DNA of 32,000 nt, from contig NZ_CP089976.1 of NCBI RefSeq assembly GCF_022701215.1, forward strand, positions 660,001 to 692,000, read 5' to 3'. This stretch comes from Moraxella nasovis. GTDB lineage: Bacteria; Pseudomonadota; Gammaproteobacteria; Pseudomonadales; Moraxellaceae. Below the pieces are notes generated by a model. That model saw nothing but the letters and a program-made list of their open reading frames with translations. It searched no databases and was not told where the DNA came from. Within the stretch, counting starts at the first letter, position 1. Every line of letters starts with the position of its first letter. The position numbers and the translations under genes were made by a program. Positions 8,797 to 18,239 of this stretch are shown one piece after another.

Positions 8797-10383
8797 TTAG
8801 TCTCGGACGCCTTGCCCTGTGTAGTATTTTTGAGTGCGTCCGCTTTGACCTGATTGACGCTTCACCACAAAACTTAGTAAAATCAGCAACAAACTTAACC
8901 CTAAAATCGGATAATGCCCAAATATAACAAACGGCGTCTGTCCTGTAAATGTCGCCACATCACCTCGCAGCACCACACGTTTAAATTGTGGTGCGGTACT
9001 GACAATCTGTCCTTTTTCATTAATAAAAGCTGTCACGCCCGTATTCGTCGCTCGGACAAAGGGGCGTGCCGTCTCAAGGCTACGCATCTGCACCATCTGT
9101 AAGTGCTGCCAAGGTCCTGCACTCATGCCGAACCACGCATCATTTGACACAGTCAATAAAAAGCCTGCATGGCGAGCGTTCTGGCGAGTCGTCTCAGGAT
9201 ATGCCACTTCATAGCAAATCGCCACTCCCATATCATGCCCTTTTACCTTAAGCGGGGCTTGGTTGGATAATCCACGGCTAAAACCTGCCATGTTCTGCAT
9301 ACCTGCTAAGTCTGGCAAGACATTTAGCAACCCCTGAAAAGGAATATACTCCCCAAAAGGCACAAGATTTTGTTTTTGGTAAACCCCTTCGCTATCGCCT
9401 AAGGCAAGAACACTATTATAAAACTGCGATTGCCCCCCATCATCTTTAGTATGGTAAGGTATGCCTGTTAGCCATGTACTGCCCGCTTGTTTTGCCTGCA
9501 AAGATAGTGCATGCGTAAATGGCTCGATTTCGTCTTGGAACATCGGCACAGCAGCTTCTGGCCACACCACCAGATCACGCCCCCATTCATCTTTTGATAA
9601 AGACTCATAGATTTCAAGTGTCTTTAAGCGGTAGTCTGTCAGCCACTTTATATCCTGCGAAATATTACCCTGCACAAGCGACACCGACATCGTCTGACCT
9701 GTCGGCACAGCCCACGTTACGCCACTAAAATGCAATAAAACAGCAAGTATAATAAGGCTAAAGCTGATGATAAGGTAGCCGACTTTTCTACGAAAAAGCT
9801 CCACAAGACTTGCTGATAAAAGCACAACAACAAAGCTGACACCAAGCACACCAAGCACTGGGGCTAGCTGATTAATCCAGACCTGTTCTGTAAATGCATA
9901 ACCCACAAATAGCCAAGGAAAGCCTGTGAAAAGCCACGTTTTTAGCCACTCTTGAGCTACCCATAAGGATGCAAAAGCAAGTGGCTGCCTACCCAAAAAT
10001 CGCACAAAAGCCCAAGACATCACGCCATGAAACAATCCCATCACGATTGCTACAATAGCCACCATTACGACCGCAAGCCAAGACGGTATCCCACCATACA
10101 GATGAATCGAAGTATAAAGCCAAAACGCTCCCACCATCCATACCCCAAAACCGTAGAACTGACCTGTCCAAAATGCTCGCTTGGTAGAAATATCCCCCGA
10201 CAGCAAAACATAAAGCACTAAAGGCGATAAGATGGCAATCCCCCAAATGTAATAAGGTGCTAATGACAAGCTAAAAATCATACCAGCGCATAATGCGATG
10301 ATTAGTGCAGCCCCTGTGGGAATACGTAAGATGGATTGGGTTTTAGTAGGTTTAGTGGTGTAGCGGCGTAATGTCTGAGTCAT
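8797..10383 (-). CDS. lnt: apolipoprotein N-acyltransferase
   Basis: 528 aa. Multi-TM N-terminal part plus a CN-hydrolase domain with VVWPEAAVP (Glu), KQNLVPFGEYIP (Lys) and VAICYEVAYP (Cys). It lies downstream of corC, as in the E. coli ybeZYX-lnt cluster. Confidence 0.93.
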   Translation of the reverse strand: MTQTLRRYTTKPTKTQSILRIPTGAALIIALCAGMIFSLSLAPYYIWGIAILSPLVLYVLLSGDISTKRAFWTGQFYGFGVWMVGAFWLYTSIHLYGGIPSWLAVVMVAIVAIVMGLFHGVMSWAFVRFLGRQPLAFASLWVAQEWLKTWLFTGFPWLFVGYAFTEQVWINQLAPVLGVLGVSFVVVLLSASLVELFRRKVGYLIISFSLIILAVLLHFSGVTWAVPTGQTMSVSLVQGNISQDIKWLTDYRLKTLEIYESLSKDEWGRDLVVWPEAAVPMFQDEIEPFTHALSLQAKQAGSTWLTGIPYHTKDDGGQSQFYNSVLALGDSEGVYQKQNLVPFGEYIPFQGLLNVLPDLAGMQNMAGFSRGLSNQAPLKVKGHDMGVAICYEVAYPETTRQNARHAGFLLTVSNDAWFGMSAGPWQHLQMVQMRSLETARPFVRATNTGVTAFINEKGQIVSTAPQFKRVVLRGDVATFTGQTPFVIFGHYPILGLSLLLILLSFVVKRQSGQSGRTQKYYTGQGVRD

Positions 10384-10487
10384 GATATGTATCGTTTTAA
10401 CAAATTAGCTAATTTTAACAAACTTTATCAATCTTTGTTTAGCAAATTTAAACAAAATACGATTTTGTATAAAAAACAAATATCAAT

Positions 10488-10516
10488 AAAAAAAAGCACA
10501 GCGATCAACTGTGCTC
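10488..10516 (-). terminator. possible terminator/attenuator between corC and lnt
   Basis: On the minus strand, an AGCACAG-TTGATCG-CTGTGCT hairpin followed by TTTTTTTT. Confidence 0.5.
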
Positions 10517-10532
10517 TCTAGTAGAAAAAAGA

Positions 10533-11396
10533 TTAATCTTGCCGTTGTGGCACAAGCGTCAACTCAAGTAAGTGAATAAAGCGACCTTCTACATCAATGA
10601 CGGTGATTTGCCAATCATCAATCTGCACAACCTCGCCTGCCAAATCACTCACCGAACCTAATGCCTGCATAACCAGGCCGCCCATAGTATCTACTTCGGT
10701 ATCATCAAAATCTGTGCCAAGCTTCTCATTACAGCTGCTGATAGGTGTTGAAGCTTGTACCAGCCACACGCCTGGCTTATCTGGATGAGGAATAATGTTA
10801 TTAATATCACTGTCTTCATTAAGATCATCATGCTCATCAACGATGTCGCCAACAATCTCCTCAAGTAAATCCTCCATCGTTACCACGCCTGACACTGAAC
10901 CAAACTCATCAATGACGATCGCCATATGTACTTGGGCACGCTGTAACGATCGTAGTAACGTATCAGATCGTGCCGTCTCGCTGATAAATAAAGGCTTACG
11001 CACAATATCGGTCAGCCTTAAGGTTGCTTCTGCCCCTTCTAGGCGAGCCTTTAGAATGGGGATAAGGTCTTTTGCTAATAAAATACCAAGCACTGCATCA
11101 TTATCACGGCTATCAGTTACAGGATAGCGAGAATGCTCTGTCTCAAGCACAGTAGATAATATATCCGAAAAATCGCCATCACTACTGATGGTAACGACTT
11201 GTGGGCGTGGCGTCATGATTTCTCGCACTTGGGTGGCAGGCAGATCAAGCACACCTTCGAGCATATCAACCGTATCAGGCTCTAAGAATTGCCGAGAGTC
11301 TTGTACTAGTTTTAACAAATCGTCTCGGGTCTCAGGTGCGGTACTAAGCCAGCGTTTAAGCCCACGCATTGACCAACCAGAACTGTCATCTGACAT
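10533..11396 (-). CDS. corC: CBS-pair / CorC_HlyC-domain magnesium-cobalt efflux protein CorC
   Basis: 287 aa. VREIMTPRPQVV and VVTMEDLLEEIVGDIVDEHD are CBS-pair hallmarks. The C-terminal transporter-associated domain is present. Confidence 0.9.
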   Translation of the reverse strand: MSDDSSGWSMRGLKRWLSTAPETRDDLLKLVQDSRQFLEPDTVDMLEGVLDLPATQVREIMTPRPQVVTISSDGDFSDILSTVLETEHSRYPVTDSRDNDAVLGILLAKDLIPILKARLEGAEATLRLTDIVRKPLFISETARSDTLLRSLQRAQVHMAIVIDEFGSVSGVVTMEDLLEEIVGDIVDEHDDLNEDSDINNIIPHPDKPGVWLVQASTPISSCNEKLGTDFDDTEVDTMGGLVMQALGSVSDLAGEVVQIDDWQITVIDVEGRFIHLLELTLVPQRQD

Positions 11397-11500
11397 GATG
11401 GCGTTTTAACCTCGTTTAAAATAAGAATAAAGTAAGCTATGTTGCAGTTGCTAAATTTAGCCCAATTTTTGTGTTTTGGCAAGCAATCTATTAAAAAATG

Positions 11501-11992
11501 TTAAATTTTCACCCAGCGAATGACGCGTTCTTCTATCTGTTCATCATTAAAATTGCGTTCACTCACACAGCGACGAGCCACGCCTACTCGGGCTAGACCC
11601 TGCTGGTGTGTCTTTTCATCACCAATCAGCCGATGCCACTTGGGTAAGTTTTGACCTAGATATAGCCGCTTATAGGCACAATGCCTTGGTAGCCACATCA
11701 TATCTGGCAGCATGTCAGGTGTTAAACGAATGCAGTCTGGCACATAATTTTGGCGGTGTTCATAGTTACTGCACAGTCCAGACTGACAGTCGAGAAGTTG
11801 GCACGCCACGTCCGTATATTCAGTAAAGTGGACATCATCTTCATCCAAAAACTTCACCAAACAGCATACACCGCAGCCGTCACACAAGGCTTCCCATTCA
11901 CGATGAGTCATCTCATCTAAAGCACATCTTTCCCAAAACCTTGGGCGTATGTCTGATAAAATCTGCTTATCAACCGTCACAGGTAGCCACAC
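11501..11992 (-). CDS. ycgN: YcgN-family (UPF0260) cysteine-cluster protein
   Basis: FWERCALDEMTHREWEALCDGCGVCCLVKF matches E. coli YcgN [30 protein letters not shown]. The GTG start directly abuts the pepD stop. Confidence 0.85.
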   Translation of the reverse strand: MWLPVTVDKQILSDIRPRFWERCALDEMTHREWEALCDGCGVCCLVKFLDEDDVHFTEYTDVACQLLDCQSGLCSNYEHRQNYVPDCIRLTPDMLPDMMWLPRHCAYKRLYLGQNLPKWHRLIGDEKTHQQGLARVGVARRCVSERNFNDEQIEERVIRWVKI

Positions 11993-13501
11993 CTAAGCCT
12001 TTGGAGCATTTGCTAGGATTTTTATTAACAACTGCCAATAAGTCTCAACCGTACTTATCTGAACTTTCTCATCAGGAGAATGGGCGTTTTTAATGGTCGG
12101 ACCAATAGATACGATGTCTAAATCTGGGTGGCTTTGCTTAATTAGACCACATTCTAGCCCTGCATGAATGACTTTTACTTGGGGTTTTTCACCTAAAATC
12201 TGCTCATAAAGCTCAACGGTTAAGGGGGTAATGTTTGACTCTAGATCAGGATTCCAGCCGACATAGTCACCATCAAACACCGCCTGTGCTCCTGCTAAGG
12301 CAGCCAAGCTTGATAAGGTCTGCATAACAGACGTCTTGCCACTTTCTAGTAATGAGCGTATCAGCAGTACCGCCTCAAGTTTATCTCCCAATGACAGCAT
12401 GCCAAACGATAGCGACGTCTCCACTGTATCTTCCGCGACGTCACTAAATCGCACCACACCACTTGGCAATACATTAATAAAATCAATCACCTTAGCAGTA
12501 GAAGTTAAGCTAAGAGCACAACTTGGCAAGTCTGTCTTTGCAGTAATCATTTTGGCGTTTTTCTCAGCGTGGCAAATTTCAGTAAAAATGGCCTCAAATG
12601 ACTGCTGAACAGTCGTCAAAATTTCCTGCTCATCAGCCGCATCTAGCACAATGACCGCATTTGACTCTCTGGCAATGGCGTTTCTTAGTGTGCCACCCAA
12701 AATGCTTGCGATGGCAAATTTATCACCATGCTTGCTATGCACATCTTTTAGCAATCTAGCCAAAACCTTAATGGCATTACTGCGATTTTGATCAATGTCA
12801 AGTCCAGAATGTCCACCCTTTAACCCTTTAATGGTCAAGTCAATCGCCAAATTAAAGCTGTGATCTTCCCAGTCAACAGGCAGACTTAGGTCAGCATCAA
12901 TCCCGCCTGCACAGCCGATGTACACCTCACCAATCTCTTCGGTATCTGTGTTAATCATGATAGGTGCAGTAAGTGTGCCTGCTTGCAAGCCCTTCACGCC
13001 AACCATGCCCGTTTCTTCGGTCATAGTCAGTAGCACCTCAAGACGTGGGTGTGGCAGATCATCACTTGCCAAGACTGCAAGACAGCTTGCCATGCCGATA
13101 CCGTTATCAGCCCCAAGTGTCGTGCCTGTCGCCATCAGCCAATCGCCATCTAGGCGTAGCTTAATGGGATCGACACTAAAATCATGTGGCGTGTCTGCGT
13201 TTGCCTGTGGCACCATATCCAAATGGGCTTGCAAAGCAATCGGCGTGCGATTCTCATAACCTTTGGTTGCACACTTTTTAATGATGACATTGCCGACGCT
13301 ATCTCGGTATACTTCTAAGTTTTGAGATTTTGCCCACGCTACAATCATTTGTGCCAAGGTCTCTTCATGGTAGCTTGGGTGTGGTGTGGCACAAATGCGG
13401 GCAAACCACGACCATAAACTGGCTAAATTTTTATCTTCGGTGAAATGCTTAACAAGCTCTAAATTATGCGTTAAAACAGCATCACAGTTGGTATTAGTCA
13501 T
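11993..13501 (-). CDS. pepD: aminoacyl-histidine dipeptidase (M20 family)
   Basis: 502 aa. ATPHPSYHEE, LQAHLDMVPQ, GTTLGADNGIGMA and MTEETGM are typical PepD motifs. AAAGGA RBS upstream. Confidence 0.93.
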   Translation of the reverse strand: MTNTNCDAVLTHNLELVKHFTEDKNLASLWSWFARICATPHPSYHEETLAQMIVAWAKSQNLEVYRDSVGNVIIKKCATKGYENRTPIALQAHLDMVPQANADTPHDFSVDPIKLRLDGDWLMATGTTLGADNGIGMASCLAVLASDDLPHPRLEVLLTMTEETGMVGVKGLQAGTLTAPIMINTDTEEIGEVYIGCAGGIDADLSLPVDWEDHSFNLAIDLTIKGLKGGHSGLDIDQNRSNAIKVLARLLKDVHSKHGDKFAIASILGGTLRNAIARESNAVIVLDAADEQEILTTVQQSFEAIFTEICHAEKNAKMITAKTDLPSCALSLTSTAKVIDFINVLPSGVVRFSDVAEDTVETSLSFGMLSLGDKLEAVLLIRSLLESGKTSVMQTLSSLAALAGAQAVFDGDYVGWNPDLESNITPLTVELYEQILGEKPQVKVIHAGLECGLIKQSHPDLDIVSIGPTIKNAHSPDEKVQISTVETYWQLLIKILANAPKA

Positions 13502-13632
13502 ATTTTTCCTTTGTTATTTAACGTGTTAATTTAACGTGTTATTTGGCGTACATTGTAGCATATTTTTGACAATAACGACATTTAGCACGCAGCTGCATTT
13601 CACAAAAGGCGGCTTGCTTAAACAATTTTTTT

Positions 13633-13661
13633 ATGACAAAGCATAAAAACTTGTGTATAAT
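13633..13661 (+). promoter_or_regulatory. candidate sigma70 promoter for tRNA-Ser
   Basis: ATGACA (13633-13638), a 17-nt spacer, then TATAAT (13656-13661). The tRNA begins 11 nt downstream. Confidence 0.4.
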
Positions 13662-13671
13662 ACGCTGTCAT

Positions 13672-13762
13672 GGTGACGTGGCTGAGTGGTTGAAAGCGCA
13701 CGCCTGGAAAGTGTGTATAGGTTAATAGCCTATCGAGAGTTCGAATCTCTCCGTCACCGCCA
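13672..13762 (+). tRNA. tRNA-Ser (anticodon GGA)
   Basis: GGTGACG...CGTCACC acceptor stem, anticodon loop CTGGAAA, long variable arm, GTTCGAATC T-loop and encoded CCA. Confidence 0.93.
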
Positions 13763-13785
13763 CATCAAACAGCCCCCATTTGATG

Positions 13786-13814
13786 CCCTAAATTATTTTT
13801 TTAGGGTTTTTTTG
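13786..13814 (+). terminator. rho-independent terminator after tRNA-Ser
   Basis: CCCTAAA-loop-TTTAGGG hairpin followed by TTTTTTT. Confidence 0.6.
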
Positions 13815-13885
13815 TTTTTAGGTTGGAAGCTTTAGCGGTCGTGTAAGAAAAATGTCATGAAAGTTCTAACCGTGTCATGCCTGTG

Positions 13886-14170
13886 CTAAACCGTGAGAAG
13901 ATTTGTAAAGTTGGCAGCTTCACCCGCTTTTACCAGATTGTTAATGCTTTGTACTTGGTCAACTAGGCTGTTTGACACACCCATCGTTAAACCTGTGGTT
14001 TTTTGGTGTTGGTGATTGTAGGTTTCTGTGGTGGCATTCATATTTTGGATGCTCGCTGATTTGGCGTTAATCACCACCGTGCCATGGGTTAGGTCATGCA
14101 CGTTGTCATTGCTTTGGTTACCTGCTGACACCACACTGCCTTTGATGAAGCCTGATTTTGTTTGGTGGTG
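13886..14170 (-). pseudogene. filamentous-hemagglutinin/CdiA repeat-region fragment (both ends missing)
   Basis: Open frame ...KSGFIKGSVVSAGNQSNDNVHDLTHGTVVINAKSASIQNMNATTETYNHQHQKTTGLTMGVSNSLVDQVQSINNLVKAGE. This is FHA-2-type repeat sequence with no credible start and only about 95 aa. Confidence 0.6.
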
Positions 14171-14326
14171 GTTTTTAAATCACAATTATAATAGGTGTCA
14201 TAATCTTCTTCTGATAAGAAGTAGAGTAAATCATCTTCTTACACTGTACAAATAAGGAAGAAAATCTCTTAATGTGTACATACTTGGTCATTACTATCTC
14301 CAATTTTTTTGATACATTTTAATAAA

Positions 14327-14719
14327 TTACTGTCTTGTTTTTTTGCCTTGATTTATGTTGAGATAAGTTCTACGACACTTACTTGCTTGAGACCAACCAA
14401 TTGAAATCATCACATCATTGGTAATGGCTTCTTCGTATATTACTAAATGATATTGGTTGTGGCAATAATTCATTCCATCTTTATTGTTATCAAGAAAAAC
14501 CCACTTTCTTTGACTTTCTATGTTTTTTATTAACTTTTCTTTTTGTTTATTATCTAAATTAATATATGTTATATAAACAGATACCACCTCTGGCTTTACT
14601 CTGTGATAGATTTTATCTGGACTTGGCAAATCTTTTATTACTTGATCTGTTAAGCCATATATATCATTTATTGATGGCATATCTTCTCTATCATCATAAT
14701 TTTTAAGACTAAACTTCAT
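14327..14719 (-). CDS. hypothetical protein, possible orphan immunity protein
   Basis: Track ORF 14327..14737. Preferred start is MKFSLKNYDD at 14719 with an AGGA RBS. It is very AT-rich and in the same orientation as the toxin array. It abuts the IS1016-like element, so its cognate toxin may have been displaced. No recognisable motif. Confidence 0.4.
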   Translation of the reverse strand: MKFSLKNYDDREDMPSINDIYGLTDQVIKDLPSPDKIYHRVKPEVVSVYITYINLDNKQKEKLIKNIESQRKWVFLDNNKDGMNYCHNQYHLVIYEEAITNDVMISIGWSQASKCRRTYLNINQGKKTRQ

Positions 14720-14737
14720 ATTTCCTGTTACGTACAT

Positions 14738-15477
14738 TAAAACAAAAGGGGCTGTACTAGATTAACTTTAAATTCCACACCATTTCCTAAGCACTTTAAG
14801 CTGATGAGAGGCGATCCATAGTTAAATCTAAACTTCCGTCTTTGATAAAAAGATGAATGTTTTTCTTGTCAATACCGTTGTATTTGCGTAGCACACGTTT
14901 GACTTGCGACCAGAAATTTTCAATGCCGTTAATGTGATTGTAAGCATTTTCTTGGTTAACAAACTCTTTTGAATGATTTATCCGAAAGTGTTTGAAGTCT
15001 GATACATCAAGAGCATTGTAACTTCGGTAGCTGTCTGTGTAAACTATGCTGTCAGGCTCGACTTTGCTTGTAATGATAGGCATGAGTGTGTCTGTTTTGG
15101 TGTCTTTAACAACAACAGTATAAACTTTACCATTTGCCTTAAAAGATCAAAGACAGCGGTTTTGCCACCTGCTCTGTGTCCACGTTTACCTTTAGAACAC
15201 CACCGAAATAACTTTCATCAAGCTCAACTTCTCCATCAAAGAGTGTTTGAGCTTCTAGGCTAAGATGGTATTGTATCACAGTTAAGATTTTATGATAAAA
15301 TAACGCTGCTTAAATTATGCTTAAATGCCTAACAAATTACTGGCTGTTCTAGCAGTAACTTGGGCGATGAAAAATTCAAGTAGTTTTAACTGAACTTTTT
15401 TAGTTAGTTTACAACGAGTTATCTTCATTTTTGTCGTATACCACATTGTGTAATCTACTACAGCCCCTATTGTTTTT
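14738..15477 (-). mobile_element. IS1016-like element (IS1595 family) with a decayed transposase gene
   Basis: Terminal inverted repeats AAAACAAAAGGGGCTGTACTAGATTA (left) versus AAAACAATAGGGGCTGTAGTAGATTA (reverse complement of the right end). The C-terminal transposase ORF 14796..15083 reads EPDSIVYTDSYRSYNALDVSDFKHFRINHS...HINGIENFWSQVKR. The N-terminal part (MKITRCKLTKKVQLKLLEFFIAQVTARTA...) is broken by stops and frameshifts. Ends are uncertain by about 10 bp. Confidence 0.8.
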
Positions 15478-15509
15478 CCAACGTACCCAATGATAGTTTG
15501 TATGGATTG

Positions 15510-16025
15510 TCATTTGGTAAATTTTCTGCTCTCTGCACTACCATCGTTCCCAATCTTTTGATACATACTCAAAATTTTAATCAATTCATCTTTGTATTCT
15601 TCGTTGTATGGAATAAAATATTTTTTATTGTTGCTTGATATGGATATTGCATCATAAGCATAATGCGAAATTATTTTGCTTAATAGTGTCATTTTTTTAA
15701 CTTCAATTACTTCAATATTGTTTAAATATTCATATTGAAATTTTGAAAATTTCAATGCCATTTTGCCATCAAGAAAAAATATTCCCACAACAGTTCTTTT
15801 TAAGAAAAATTTATATAAAATATTCTGCAAAATAAATAGAAATCCAACAACACAAAGAAATAAAGAAAAATATGTGTGAGAATTTGGCATGAGTTTAAAA
15901 AAAATATAAGATAAGCAAAGAAAAGCGAAAATTGTTGGCACCATTTCAAAATTCTTTTCATCTAAATATTTTTGATTAATGTATTTATTATATCTATCAT
16001 AATCTAAATTTTTAATTATATTCAT
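15510..16025 (-). CDS. two-TM membrane protein, putative (orphan) immunity protein
   Basis: 171 aa. Two hydrophobic helices (VPTIFAFLCLSYIFF, FSLFLCVVGFLFILQNIL) followed by a soluble tail. GAGGGAGG RBS. Same layout as the 16191..16691 product, including KYFIPYNEEYKDELIKILS versus IFFIPHSKADKNFISHLES. Confidence 0.55.
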   Translation of the reverse strand: MNIIKNLDYDRYNKYINQKYLDEKNFEMVPTIFAFLCLSYIFFKLMPNSHTYFSLFLCVVGFLFILQNILYKFFLKRTVVGIFFLDGKMALKFSKFQYEYLNNIEVIEVKKMTLLSKIISHYAYDAISISSNNKKYFIPYNEEYKDELIKILSMYQKIGNDGSAESRKFTK

Positions 16026-16190
16026 TCAATCCTCCCTCATTGGTAAGAAACACATATTCCATTCACTGTTTTTTTTGCAAGTTATTAATGGCGTAGTACG
16101 TTTTATGGTTGGTTTTTGTTGCCTTATATCATGTAGAATTGCCTGTTGTTGGGTCAATTTTAACAGTAACAACATTTGTATGATATTTTA

Positions 16191-16691
16191 TTATTTCGCA
16201 ACACTTTCCAAATGACTGATAAAATTCTTATCGGCTTTACTGTGTGGTATAAAAAAAATGCTATGTCCATTAGTTAATTTAATAAAGCTGACGGATAAAA
16301 TTGGATCTTTTTTGGTGATAATCCAATTCTTTTTTATAGAGTAATCCCAATCCAAGATGATGGGATTATCAATCATGATTTTTTGATTTAAAAAACCTTT
16401 TCCTTTTATCGTACTATCGACAATACTGATGGTTTTAAAAGACTTTCTGCCATAGTTTATAAGTAGCGCAATCTCTTCGATTGATACCACTGCCAACGAT
16501 ATTATTGGTGGCAGATAGTATGTTGAAATTTTTACTCCGAAAATTTGAACAGCCCATGCATTAGAAGTAAACACATAATAAGAAAAAAATAACATAAAAG
16601 CCAAACATAAGAATAATATAATGAAAGCTCTATTAACCCTATTTATAAAATTACTATCTATGACAAAATAATAAATATTACTTCGATTCAT
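16191..16691 (-). CDS. two-TM membrane protein, putative immunity protein for the VEDN orphan toxin
   Basis: 166 aa. The start lies 2 nt after the stop of the upstream toxin ORF. Two TM helices are followed by a soluble C-terminal domain. Very AT-rich. Confidence 0.65.
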   Translation of the reverse strand: MNRSNIYYFVIDSNFINRVNRAFIILFLCLAFMLFFSYYVFTSNAWAVQIFGVKISTYYLPPIISLAVVSIEEIALLINYGRKSFKTISIVDSTIKGKGFLNQKIMIDNPIILDWDYSIKKNWIITKKDPILSVSFIKLTNGHSIFFIPHSKADKNFISHLESVAK

Positions 16692-16693
16692 TT

Positions 16694-17687
16694 TTATTGT
16701 CCTTTTTTTTGTTTATCTATAGAAATGGTGTATTTTTTATATAGCTCATCCGAAATTTTTCCAAATGACGCATTAGGAGCCACAGTAATTGAGGTCTGAC
16801 ACAAATCACCACAATTGTAGTTACCAAGATACTTTCCTGCACCATAAGTAAACCCATTCACCACATGAGATGGCTTAACACTAAAATCATCGCCTTTGTT
16901 AGAAATAATTTGATTACTATATGCCGCTGCAACACCAACAGTAATTGCTTGTGTTGTATTTTTGGTCATATTTAACGCTCCCCCTCCAAGACCCCCTGTA
17001 ACAGTATTGGATATATAACCCAAAGCATTTCGTTCATTTTTAGGAGTGGTTGCATGGTAGCTTACAGCAGAAGTTGCAGAGCCTACTTTGACTGTTGTTG
17101 GAGTAACTGAAGCTGCTGCGAAGACATAAGGGGTATATCCAGCAGTAGTTGCAGCCAATCTATTGAACTTCATGATAGGCTTCATTGTTTCCGCTACTGA
17201 TTTCTGACTGCTACTCAAAAACGGAGTTATATGCTCAGGCATTACATAAAATAAAAATGGCAAATCCTTACTTTTAGCATTTGAATTTTTCTGTCTGGCA
17301 TCACTACAACCTTCTAAATTTGGGTTTCTTTGACAATGCTCAGCTTTAACAATTTGGTGATTGATGTCTGTTGTAGATATATTAAAGTTACTTGGTGTCC
17401 AACTAAATTGATTATCCTCCACCGCCACCTTAGCCACTTCACTTGCATTTACTGCTTCTGCCACATCACCTGTGGTGGTGTAGGTAGTAGCAACTGTACC
17501 TAGTCTTATGATGCTTGTGATGGTGTCTTTTTGTTCTTGAGTGAGCTTACTAGGTTGGTTTTTGTCATATAAGATTTTGGATAAGGCAGGGGCGACTTTT
17601 TCACTGGTTGCTCCACTGAATGCTCCTAGTGCTACATTATTACCTGTCGCATAGCTTGTGGTAGCTCCTAGTAGGGCATGGGATAAT
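16694..17687 (-). CDS. orphan CdiA-CT module (pretoxin homology, VEDN motif, unique 238-aa C-terminal domain)
   Basis: The frame opens at 17687 with LSHALLGATTSYATGNNV...LTQEQKDTITSI...GDVAEAVNASEVAKVAVEDN (VEDN at 17411-17422). The first ATG is at 17464, which is the track ORF 16694..17464. The pretoxin part is homologous to the 18236..19264 product. The tail is unrelated to it. Confidence 0.75.
17643..17686. repeat. 44-bp repeat copy (pretoxin homology block) with a sharp homology breakpoint at 17686/17687
   Basis: CCTGTCGCATAGCTTGTGG(T/C)AGCTCCTAGTAGGGCATGGGATAA is shared with 19056-19099 (1 mismatch). The flanks diverge immediately on the upstream (gene 5') side. Confidence 0.85.
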
Positions 17688-17732
17688 TAGTGCCTTGTAA
17701 AAATATATAATCACGTTGTGGTACGAGTTGAT

Positions 17733-18239
17733 TTATTCTAATGCTTTGGCGTAAGATGCCAAATCTTGCAAAGCTCGTGGATTTTTACCGCCCCACCAGT
17801 GTTTACGGCATTCACTTCTAGGACTCCAAAATACATGTATGCCAAAAAATTCTCGTTCATCTATCTTAAATTCAACATACATACCATCTTTCAAGCAAAA
17901 TATTTTTTTCTCATCCACTTCAAGCACAACAAATTTTTTGTCTGCAATGATTTTAATCATGACATTTTCAGATTTATCATAGGCAAAATATCTTGAAAAG
18001 TAATAATGGTCGGCTTTTCTAAAATAATCTTCATCTAAATAGGATCTGTCAAAATCTGTCAATTCATCAACAACTTGAGCCATTTTCTCTTTATTTGGCA
18101 AATCATAGTATTTCCATTGATACAAATAAGGATTCGCCTTTTCAAAACTTTTGTCGTACAATTTATAAAAATACAGCCCAAATAAAGCGGTGCTTATTAT
18201 ACCACCTACGATAAGTATGATTTTATTGAGTAGATTCAT
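17733..18239 (-). CDS. N-terminally membrane-anchored protein, putative immunity protein for the VENN orphan toxin
   Basis: Track ORF 17733..18350. The real start is most likely MNLLNKIILIVGGIISTALFGLYFY at 18239, whose ATG overlaps the toxin TGA stop (ATGA). One TM helix plus a soluble domain. Confidence 0.7.
   Translation of the reverse strand: MNLLNKIILIVGGIISTALFGLYFYKLYDKSFEKANPYLYQWKYYDLPNKEKMAQVVDELTDFDRSYLDEDYFRKADHYYFSRYFAYDKSENVMIKIIADKKFVVLEVDEKKIFCLKDGMYVEFKIDEREFFGIHVFWSPRSECRKHWWGGKNPRALQDLASYAKALE

Noticed and set aside
8469-13259. Antisense or alternate-frame ORFs within the small membrane-protein ORF, lnt, corC, ycgN and pepD (for example 8469..8702, 8914..9102, 9989..10246, 10795..11127, 11188..11409, 12336..12608, 12918..13259).
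   Set aside because: These are shadow ORFs of well-supported genes. They are Ser/Thr/Cys/Arg-rich translations, typical of the antisense of coding DNA.
16026-16190. A 49-aa ORF (MLLLLKLTQQQAILHDIRQQKPTIKRTTPLITCKKNSEWNMCFLPMRED) in the spacer between the two immunity-like genes.
   Set aside because: It has no RBS and a basic, low-complexity composition. Its stop directly abuts the next ATG in frame. It is more likely a chance ORF in relic DNA.
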